A stretch of DNA of 63,629 nucleotides, the filler included, from Octopus bimaculoides (lineage: Eukaryota), in NCBI RefSeq assembly GCF_001194135.2. It is 6 parts of 5 records of this genome, joined end to end, with 100 filler letters (N's around TTAATTAATTAA, not from the genome) between each part and the next. Parts side by side here need not be neighbours in the genome. Positions count along the whole stretch, not along the records: positions 9,863 to 32,980 come from NC_068981.1; positions 33,081 to 45,196 come from NC_068989.1; 4 more parts are not named here. One strand, 5' to 3'. Shown here piece by piece: positions 24,090 through 33,974 of the stretch. The notes beneath the pieces are model-generated. The model was given only the letters and a program-made list of their open reading frames with translations. It searched no databases and was not told the DNA's origin. How positions within the stretch are numbered: the first letter of the stretch is position 1; the number at the start of each line of letters is the position of its first letter. A program made the position numbers and the translations under genes.

Positions 24090-24500
24090 GGAAGAGTGAC
24101 GGACTTCGGAGTTAGCTGGGTGCATGTCAATCAAGATATAGATAAGCTCATAGGAGACACGAAGTCTCCATCAATAATGCTATGGAAAAGAAGACAATGC
24201 ATACATTTTGATCAAACTTACGAAAATTTTATTCCAGCATATCAGCATAGAATCCAGACCTGTACTTGGAAAAATAACTCTCTAATATTTTTAAAATCCA
24301 GGTGATTTACATACCAGTTGTTGCATTCGTGCATGAAGTCACTGAACGTAGAAAACAACAAATGCACCGATCGCTTTCCAAGACTCTGTCAAGAGGATTC
24401 AAAAGAGCGATGACAGTCTTTCTTACAGAAAAAGAGCACCAAAGGACAGGCGCTTCTAAAATTAAGACTACATGAAATTGATAACTTACGGATGGTTCCC
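24090..24500 (+). mobile_element. Decayed CR1/L2-like LINE 3' fragment
   Basis: VTDFGV...DQTYENFIP..TW and KRIQ..SLSYRKR loosely match DLGV..Y..FIRP.LEY..W and LSY.ERL. Confidence 0.35.
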
Positions 24501-24827
24501 AACTGCTCATTTCTTACAGACACATTTTACACACACTTCTGCAATTCAATAAAATCCATGAAACATCTCAACAAATATATAACAAAAGGATCGATCTAAC
24601 TTCACAATGTTTGCTCTAATGCTGTCACTTCAGCCTCCAAAGCACTGAGAGTAATGAAGCTTTGAGACATATTTTTATCTTCTCTTTTCATGAAGATACC
24701 CAAGTATTCAACAATTTGTTGTCCACTAGGAAAATGACCTTTGCATTTACTTTACTCAAGTAACTATTGCACAGTAAGTAGTAAGTCATACGCAGCACTT
24801 AGAACCTTTTTCAGTTGTGTCAGCATA

Positions 24828-24994
24828 GGCGCAAGCATGGCTCTGCGGTAAAAAGCTTACTTCCCAACCACAGAATACCGGGTTCGATCACACTGCGTAA
24901 CAACTTGGGCACGTATCTTCAACTATGACCTCGAGCCGACCAAAGCCTTGGGAGTGGATTTGGTAGACTGAAACTGAAAGAAGCCCGTCGTGTA
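24828..24994 (+). mobile_element. SINE family A
   Basis: ggcgcaagcatggctctgcggtaa...gggttcgatc...gaaactgaaagaagcccgtcg. Confidence 0.88.
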
Positions 24995-24996
24995 TA

Positions 24997-25829
24997 CGTG
25001 GTCTGATCAATAAGTATCGGGATTGTTTCAATAGTAACGAAACTCAAAAACGCAAAGTAGAGCCGCTTGGCACAAATTGACTTTAACTATGTTGTGCATG
25101 CGCACTAAGTTTTAAGGTTCTAGCTCACTTGCATTGTTTATAGCAATGCTTGGAAGGAAGGTGTGTAGCGTCAGAGCGTCGCATTGACCACGACAGAGAA
25201 AGTTGAACAGAGAATCTGCATCAAATTTTGCCAAAAGCTTGGTGATGCCTGCAAAGTTTTCAAAAAGTTTTTATCGTTCTCGACACAATCAAGGAGATCT
25301 TGTGCAACTGAAACCCGAGTGTGTTTTTGATCAACTGAAAGCAGCTTTAGCACAAACTTGGCAGACATGCATCTCATACCCAAATCCTGATAACTAACAG
25401 ATGTTGAGTTGACTATTTATCCACAGAACTCGACGCACATGTGCGATGTATTTCTCAGTTCTGCTGGTTGCGGGTCTCCCAGAACGTTCGTCAATATCGA
25501 GATCTTTTCGACCATCTTGGAAACGTCCGAAACACTTGTAAACTTGGGTACGGCTCATACACTCATCTCTGTACACTTTCTGCACATTTGCGTAGGCCGC
25601 TGAGCAGGTGTCACCATGACAAGTTTCTCTGTCTTGGTCAATGCGACGATCATACGCTAAATACCTTGCTTCTAAGCACTGCTGTAAACATTGGAAGTGA
25701 GCGAAAACGGTTAAACTAAGTGCAAATGCACAACAGAGTTTAAGGTTAATCTTTGCACAGCGGCTTTACTCTGTGTGATTTTGCTTCGTTACTATCGTAA
25801 CAGTCCGGATACTTATTGAGCAAACCTAG
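24997..25829. mobile_element. mariner-type element composed of two inverted left ends
   Basis: TA on both flanks; about 250-bp imperfect inverted arms each reaching the transposase start (TTTEKVEQRICIKFCQKLG on +); minus strand carries HTH remnants VYRDECMSRTQVYKCFGRFQDGR..DERSGRP and MRCMSAKFVLKLLSVDQKHTRV. Confidence 0.88.
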
Positions 25830-25864
25830 TATATAACGTATTTGATATATTTTAATATATCTTG

Positions 25865-26460
25865 TGAGAATTTACAAAAAAAAAAAAAAAAAAAGATGAA
25901 GATGGGTTTGTAAGCAACAAACAGATGTATTAATTTAACGCTCGGAAAATGAGAAAGTCTTTTACTTTTCGAGCCTACGCACTTCGACAGAAAGGAACAC
26001 AGAAATAAACAGGGAGAGAAAATTAAAAGGTTTAGTGGCTAGCGATCTATCATGGCAAATGCCGGACAGAGGGTCACACAGGAGAGCTAGGAAGAAGGGG
26101 AAATAATAAATTAGTGGTGACTCCAAAACGAAGGTACACGTTTGTGTGTATGTGAGAGTGTGTATGTGCGTGTGAAGGGGGATGGTGACCTTGACGTGCG
26201 CGTGTGTGCATGTGTAGGTGTGTGGATGATGATATGGGTGCTGGGAAGATTGTGGTCAGTGCTAGTGTGTGCGCTGCTGTGGGTGCTGAGAAGTAGTCAG
26301 TGCTAGTGTGATGTGGTGTGGTATGGTGGTGTGTGGTGTGGTGGTGTTGGGGTGTGGGGCGAGAGTGGTGGAAGCCAGGGTGGGGTGTAAGGGATGGGTT
26401 GGGGTGGGATGGGATGTATAGGGATGATAGGGTTGGAATGTGTAGGGGTGGGGTAACGAG
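25865..26460 (-). mobile_element. Penelope-like 3' UTR and terminus
   Basis: GT-rich (+) tract like 34200-34700, plus terminal homology to 33975-34140. Confidence 0.75.
25958..25995 (-). ncRNA. Minimal type I hammerhead motif (decayed)
   Basis: CCTTT-CTGTCGA-A-GTGC/GTAG/GCTC-GAAAA-GTA-AAAG. Confidence 0.5.
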
Positions 26461-26509
26461 GGTTTTATGGCTTTGTTAACTATTCTGTTAAAATGTGAAC
26501 CTTTCAACT

Positions 26510-27050
26510 CGCTTCAGTTTCAACTGACACTGCCAGTAATTCCAAAATGAACAAAAGCCGATGAAATTCGTGCTTGTCTTAAACTTTCGACTGAAGTTTA
26601 CAAACTTCAAACTCCGTATCAACATGATAGTGAATCTCTTCGAGGATGAGCTGTCAGCTAATTTTGAACTGAACCAATTCTTATCAGCAAAGTGCTAGCT
26701 TACAAACTGGCATCAAAGTTGTTCATCAATCTATAACATTAGTAATTAATACACATGTGACTGCAAACAAATGTGTGGATGACAGCATGAACTGGTATCT
26801 TTTGCAGGCATATAAAAAAACTAGTAATACCTTCAAATCAACAGACATTATTGAGAAAAAAAAAGTAACAGTTCAGTCCGACAGAATTTAACAATTCATT
26901 GGAAACTTCAGGTCTGCCGTCAAAGTCTGCTGCAAAAACGATCATGGTGACGCTCCAGCATAATTTAGATCAGTGCGAATCTGTATATTCTGCTTTGTCG
27001 AAACGACTATGTTTAAAATTCTTATGGCTATGATGGATACAGGTCGAATA
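26510..27050 (+). pseudogene. Helitron PIF1-like helicase fragment
   Basis: QLTLPVIPK*TKADEIRACLK; NKCVDDSMN..FKSTDII; PTEFNNSLETSGLP..QHNLD match Helitron helicase motifs (DFRQ.LPVIP.G.RAD...ACLK; YP.EFLNSL..SGLP..LRNL). Confidence 0.85.
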
Positions 27051-27088
27051 TTATATAAATAATGTATAAATGAAAATTTAACGTAATA

Positions 27089-27252
27089 GGCGCAGGCGTC
27101 GCTGTGTGGTAAGAAGCTTACTTCCCGACCACATGGTCTGGGGTTCAGTCCCATTCTGTGGGACCTAGGGAAAGTGTCTTCTTCTATGACTGCGGGCCGT
27201 CTAAAGCCTTGTAAGTGAATTTTTTACACGGAAACTGAAAAACAGCCTGTCA
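27089..27252 (+). mobile_element. SINE family A with (ATA)n tail
   Basis: ggcgcaggcgtcgctgtgtggtaagaagc...gggttcagtccc...gaaactgaaaaacagcctgtc. Confidence 0.85.
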
Positions 27253-27422
27253 TATAATAATAATGATAATAATAATAATAATGATAATAATAATAAGAAT
27301 AATAAATAATTTGGACAAAGAAGTATAAGTCGATTAGTGTTTTTAAATGTTGAGTAGAGCACCGGCATGGTTTAGGTTTCATGCTGTCTCCCGTTAATTA
27401 GCATTATAAATATATATTAAGG

Positions 27423-27895
27423 GGGCGAGATGGCGGAAACGTTAGCACACCGGGCGAAATGCTTAGCGGTATTTCGTCTGTCTTTATGTTCTGAGTTCAA
27501 ATTCCGCCGAGGTCGACTTTGCCTTTCATCCTTTGGGGGTCAATAAATTAAGTACCAGTTGTGTATTGGGGTCGATCAAATCGACTGGCCCCCACCAAAC
27601 TTTCAGTCCTTGTGCCTAGAGTAGAGAAAAGTTATATGTATATACGTATGTATGTATGCATGTATGAATGTGTGTGTCTTTTTGTCTGTGCTTTTCCATT
27701 CTACCATCGACTGACAACCGCTGCTGGTGCGTTTATATCCCCATAACTTAGCGGTTCGGTAATTGTAACCGATAGAACAAGTATCAGACTTTAAAAAAAT
27801 AAGTACTGGGACAGATACATTTCACTAAAAATTCTTCAAGGTGGTGCCCCAGCATGGCCACATTCTAATGATTGAAACAAGTGAAACATGAAAGA
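27423..27895 (+). mobile_element. Composite SINE: family B head + internal microsatellite + module C
   Basis: B at 27423-27628, (TATG/TG)n at 27630-27690, then tgacaaccgctgctggtg...cttagcggttcgg...gcatggccacattctaatgattgaaacaag. Confidence 0.8.
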
Positions 27896-28439
27896 TAGAA
27901 GAGACTTATTTTATCACTACATGTGTTACTCCATTAATACTAGGATCTATATATTTCCTCTGATCACCTCAGTGCCCTCACATGAGTGTTTTTATTTCCA
28001 TGTGTGCTTTACTTTTCGAGACTTGAGAATCTACTTATTTTCCAAATTATTAAAGCAAATCAAGGAGAAATGATTACGTTAATGTTTCTACATTTATTTA
28101 ATCCTCTGTTCTGATATAATTTTCCTGAATGACGTTTATATCATTTACATAATTAGATGTACTATGAATATGGGATGTGCATATATAGGATTGATTAGAC
28201 ATCAGACCGTTATAAACGTATTGGATCCCAATTACACTTCTTACATTAAACATAACGTATCAAGAGAAATCTAGTAGTGTTCTGTTAAGCTAAATATACT
28301 TCCATTACAAACGATTCCTTATGAAAACTAATCTAGAGCCCCTATTGATCTAGAGGAATGCCGGGTACTCTGCTAATACATACATATATGCAAAAATACA
28401 CACATGTACATATATTCGTCCTATATATATGTGTGTACA

Positions 28440-28587
28440 AAGAGAGAGAAAGTGATAGAGAGAGAGAGAGAAAGAGAAAGAGAGAGAGAAAGAGAGACAG
28501 CGGGAGAGAGAGAAAAGGAGACAGTGGGAGAGAGAGAGAGAGAGAGAGAAGGAGAGAGAGAGAGAGAAAGAGAGAGANNNNNNNNNN

Positions 28588-28632
<45 letters not shown>
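28440..28632. repeat. (GA)n microsatellite
   Basis: Read directly from the sequence. Confidence 0.95.
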
Positions 28633-28636
<4 letters not shown>

Positions 28637-28648
28637 GGAGGTCTAAGA

Positions 28649-28734
28649 ATCTCTGATGAAGTAGAAGACTAGACAAAATTATCCGGTTCGATTGTATAAT
28701 CCGGACATATTCTTCATAGAAACACGTGTAAGAT
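28649..28734 (+). ncRNA. Type I hammerhead ribozyme motif with extended stem II (second family)
   Basis: ATCT-CTGATGA-A-GTAGAAGA..TCCGG..CCGGA..TCTTCATA-GAAAC-ACGT-GTA|AGAT; same ACACGUGU stem III and GUA site as 5718-5797; base of stem II imperfect. Confidence 0.65.
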
Positions 28735-29849
28735 GACGCATTTAAATAAATTATGAATCGACACTCCTGTAGATTTGCTCTTTGGAGGTAGAAAGATGCA
28801 CATGGAATTCTAAATTTGGGTCATATGTCAACCAATTTAAATTGCGTATATGCTTTCACGCGCGGGTGCCGTGTGTATACATGTATTTACATACACATAT
28901 GTATATGCATGTACGTATTATACATACATGCATGCATACATACATCTATTAACGATTGCTCACAGCCTTCGATAAAGTAGAAAATATTCTATCGATTTCT
29001 TATCATTGACTGTCCCTGATGAGAAACTGATAGGATTATATCTATCTAGACTTGTGTAAAATTAGTAATTGATAAATATCGTGTTTCTGTCACCCCATAT
29101 TTATTTCTAATTAGTTTCTAAAATGTTTCATGCATGACATATTTTAACACTATCATACTAATTGTTTTTCATGGTGTCGCGTCTTCTACTTATTTAATTT
29201 CCTAACAATTACATTTTTGCTTGTTAGCCAATAAATTTATAATCTTGCAAAGAGTTGCGCACCATATTTTTCAAAATAAATAACGTTAAGCAATAAAGTT
29301 ATTCTCTTCTCTTCGTCGTACATTTATCATTATTACTTGGCAACGCCTAAACAAAAATATGCTTTAAGTTTGAATCACTGGAGTATGATGCCCAGTGAGA
29401 TACATCCTTGTCAGAAGCTACCCTGTGTCAAACAGCCGAGTGTCTTAGCATTATTTTCGTCATGTTGTTAAAATGTTGAGGAGTGTCGAATCTGCATTAC
29501 ATATGCTGCATTACATATGCTCACCCTAATTTTTACTATCATTGTCTCATGGCCGTGCATCCTATGAAATATAAAAAACAAAACAAAACATATGAATCAC
29601 ATTCATTTATGAATCATTAAACTATTCAGTACAGTTCGAAATTTTGGATATGAGGAATAAACGAATGCGTTTTTCGAACTTGAGACGCAGACTACATAGG
29701 AGATTTCTTCAACTTTCATTCAGCACACTCGCGCAAACATATGCCCATAAAACACATGCACACACAAACGTACACATACACACACGTATACATAAACACG
29801 CCTGCACATGCACATTCATACGCCCATGCATAGACATATATGTGTGTTC

Positions 29850-29990
29850 GTACAGCAGGCTTCCACAGAGGTTTCGGTTATCACAGTGACTCACAAGGCA
29901 ATAGCTGACACGGAAAAATCGTAGAAGACATCAAAGGTGTACAGTAGGGTGACAGAACCATGTGGCTGTGAAGCGAACGTCTTAATTATA
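29850..29990 (-). mobile_element. Degenerate SINE family A
   Basis: actcacaaggc...gtagaagaca...gaaccatgtggctgtgaagc. Confidence 0.5.
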
Positions 29991-30064
29991 CAAAAAAGGC
30001 TGTGTTTAGAGTCGTAGCTGCGTCTTTCTGTCTCTCTCTCTGTCTCTACCTGTCTGTCTGCCTG

Positions 30065-30149
<85 letters not shown>

Positions 30150-30325
30150 CACACATACATCCTTTACGTTCGTTTATGGGAAACGTTTTTGAGTGGCTCA
30201 TAAAGAGCTCGTAGGCTATATTTTTCGGCTACCGCTTATTATCCCATCTTCCAGGGTAATTTTATGGAACAGGCATTGGTCTAGTGCTGCTGTAGCGTAC
30301 GATGAGCATAGTAATAATGAGAACT

Positions 30326-30395
30326 TTTGGATGGAAATTCATAAATACTTTAATGTATTGCTACGTACGTTTCCTCAAATCCCATGTTCCTTGTG
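30326..30395 (-). repeat. Unclassified dispersed repeat end (ATT-tailed family)
   Basis: gatggaaattcataaatactttaatgtattgctacgt is similar to 39914-39960 and to the reverse complement of 40340-40403. Confidence 0.45.
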
Positions 30396-30569
30396 GCTGC
30401 ATTCCCCATCCACATGACATTGCAAATATGATATGCAATATCCATGGATTTTAAGGAGAGCCATTGTTATATGCGTTCGTTTCTTCAGGTAAAAATTGCA
30501 TTAGTGTTCTGGTTGTATTGAACGTTTAGCAAAGGGATATTTACCAATTTACACCAATTCATATATATG

Positions 30570-30600
<31 letters not shown>

Positions 30601-30970
30601 ATATATATATATANNNNNNNNNNNNNNNNNNNNNNNNNNNNNNNNNNNNNNNNNNNNNNNNNNNNNNNNNNNNNNNNNNNNNNNNNNNNNNNNNNNNNNN
30701 NNNNNNNNNNNNNNNNNNNNNNNNNNNNNNNNNNNNNNNNNNNNNNNNNNNNNNNNNNNNNNNNNNNNNNNNNNNNNNNNNNNNNNNNNNNNNNNNNNNN
30801 NNNNNNNNNNNNNNNNNNNNNNNNNNNNNNNNNNNNNNNNNNNNNNNNNNNNNNNNNNNNNNNNNNNNNNNNNNNNNNNNNNNNNNNNNNNNNNNNNNNN
30901 NNNNNNNNNNNNNNNNNNNNNNNNNNNNNNNNNNNNNNNNNNNNNNNNNNNNNNNNNNNNNNNNNNNNNN

Positions 30971-31043
<73 letters not shown>

Positions 31044-32619
31044 AATACACACACACACGCACGCACATATATAGAGATAGACAGATATTCATATGTATGT
31101 TGCATTTATGTATGTATGTATGTATGTATTTATGTGTGTGTTTGTATTATGAATTAATACGTATACTTATGTACACAATGATACACGTTTCTAAAGGAGG
31201 GCTAACAAAATTAAAATCAGCAAAAGGAAGGCTGAAATTAGCTCCCGAAATCTTCGGCTCTTCACTGTAGTTGCACCACATTTCTAACGGGCGTAGCTCA
31301 CTCCACTAAAATCTACAGTCATAGTAAAATTAGCCTTCGTTGTTGCCACTGGTAAGAACTCTCAGTGATAATGCAGTATTCATCCAGCTTTCATATAAAA
31401 CTTCAAGATAACCTGTACGAGTTGCGTGTGCAACATGACATTTCAACCGAGTCAAACCTGCATAATATTCAGTGTAAGTATTAATTTTCTTTCATTTCTT
31501 TAACCAATCTGATAGCGCAGTTTGACAAATTGCTACCCGTTATACGCCTTCCTATGACATCAATTTGAATGTTACTAAGGAGACGATGTAAACAAAACCG
31601 AGCGCATTCTTAACAATGAAATACAATTTTTGACAAAGAGATTTTTCAAACGAGTTAGCGTCTAACAGTCGAAGAGGAAGTCATTAGCTCAGACAACAGC
31701 AAGAAGAAAAAAAACCCAAATACATCCGTCACTGACGCTGAAACCCAGACATGGCCTCTCTCTCTCTCTCTCCGTCTATCTGTCTCTCTCTCTCTCCGTC
31801 TGTCTCTCTCTCTCTCTCCGTCTGTCTCTCTCTCTTTCTCTCTCTCGGTTTATATATATATATGTATATACATATATGCATATATACACACATGCATATA
31901 CATAAATATATATATATATATATGCACACATACGCATATTACATACATAGAATACATAATACATACACACAGACTCTGTGTAAAAGACATTCATATTGAT
32001 ATACATACACATTAAGATACGAACGTTCTCACACAGACAATGTCACACTGACATACACACATTGCGAGAAGATCGATCTCCTATACGTTATGTTGACACA
32101 CACACTCATTCGATTTGAAAACAACGCCAAAAACATTCTGCATTATGAAATGTTCATTTAACTTAAATGTACTACGCTCCCTTTGTTGTGATTCATTGAA
32201 CTTTTGTCCCGGAGCCATTGTGTTCCAGTTGAAATATTAACGGATATAAAATGTTATTATCTCATATATATTTTCCCTTCAAAGTTAGTTATAGTTACTA
32301 TGCAAGTTCAACGACGAAATAACGTCCTTTTAGTTCATATCCAAATATTTTATCGACCCAACTATTTGTGGTTTCCCTTCGATGAAGTTTAGTAAATAAC
32401 GTTGTTTGTTGATAGATATATTATAAATCAATATTAGTCATATTTGTCCTCGGGTTTCGATTTTTGTGGTCGTGTTTATGTATAATATCATTTGAATTAT
32501 ATTTACGGAAATATTAGAGAATATGCATACATATATTGGTTTCTGACATAATAGGGTACAAGATCTTATATTGGGTGAGTGGTGTAAGCATTATTTGATT
32601 ACGATGATCCAGTATTTGA

Positions 32620-32700
32620 GTCATACATTTTATTATCATCCCCACGAAGGATGAAAATCCAACGTGACGGGATTTAAACTTCAAATGTTGAACTACTCGA
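32620..32700 (-). mobile_element. Diverged SINE family B fragment
   Basis: cccacgaaggatgaaaatccaacgtgacgggatttaaacttcaaatg. Confidence 0.4.
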
Positions 32701-32816
32701 CTAAATACAATACAAGCTTACACGAACAAACACGCACATGCACACGCACATACACTCACACACACTCAGATGAATGTATATATAGTAATCGACCAATACA
32801 TACATACATACATACA

Positions 32817-32852
<36 letters not shown>

Positions 32853-33642
32853 TATATATATGTGGTATCGCGATGGGTACTAAAGCTGCACCAGTCCTTG
32901 CGAACCTCATAATGTTTTTTTTTGAATTAACACTATATGAAACCTCACGTCAGAAATTTGGACACCTTTTCCACATCTTTNNNNNNNNNNNNNNNNNNNN
33001 NNNNNNNNNNNNNNNNNNNNNNNNTTAATTAATTAANNNNNNNNNNNNNNNNNNNNNNNNNNNNNNNNNNNNNNNNNNNNTATACATATACATATATATA
33101 TGCATATACATATATGTGTACATATGCACTTGCATACACATTGATATATTTTTATTTCACTTTTCTTTTTTCGTCTCTCTCACCATTACTATTGGTGATA
33201 TCATTAATTTTCCCGTTCACAACTTGGTTTGTAAATTATAAGATTTCCGTTATTGCCCCATCTACGTTCTCTTATCGTATCCTATTTTATTTTTATTTTA
33301 TTTTATTTTTATCTCATTTTACTTCATTTATTAAACTTTTTTGATGACCTTCAAAAGATTCATCTCTAATGAGAATGACAATGCATAAATTAAATTTTAA
33401 ATTGTATTTTTATTGTTATTCTTAATTTAATTTTTTTTATTTTCAATTATAATTATAATCACTATGATTTAAATTTTTTGTCATATTTTTGCATTGTTTT
33501 TCGAAACGTGCATTGAATCCAGTTTTATAATAAATTTATTTGTTTCAGCATCTTCACTCCAATTTTTATACTTTTGTATGGTATATTCTTATACCTATAA
33601 CGAATCTCCTCAAATATATATACATATATATGTATATACATG

Positions 33643-33822
33643 TCACCCCTTATGTCTCACCTTTCTTCCTCCTTTAACGCCGATGTGATATAATTTCTTG
33701 AGAGAGAAATAGTTTTGCGGCTGAAGATAGCTTTGTATTGTCAATTATACACTGATATAAAGCTTGAAACACGTGAACCACAGAATCCTTTGTGTTTTTG
33801 TTGTTATTTTTTGCATTATATA
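33643..33822 (+). mobile_element. Short HHR-carrying repeat (copy 2), flanked by (TA)n on both sides
   Basis: Aligns by eye to the reverse complement of 5690-5868. Confidence 0.8.
33714..33784 (+). ncRNA. Long-stem hammerhead motif, probably inactivated
   Basis: TTTGCGG-CTGAAGA-T-AGCTTT..AAAGCT-T-GAAAC-ACGT-GAA-CCACAGA; cleavage triplet GUA changed to GAA. Confidence 0.7.
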
Positions 33823-33974
33823 NNNNNNNNNNNNNNNNNNNNNNNNNNNNNNNNNNNNNNNNNNNNNNNNNNNNNNNNNNNNNNNNNNNNNNNNNNNNNN
33901 NNNNNNNNNNNNNNNNNNNNNNNNNNNNNNNNNNNNNNNNNNNNNNNNNNNNNNNNNNNNNNGTATATATATAT

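Noticed and set aside
29492-29519. 14-bp tandem duplication ctgcattacatatg x2
   Set aside because: Ordinary local slippage duplication with no other copies seen
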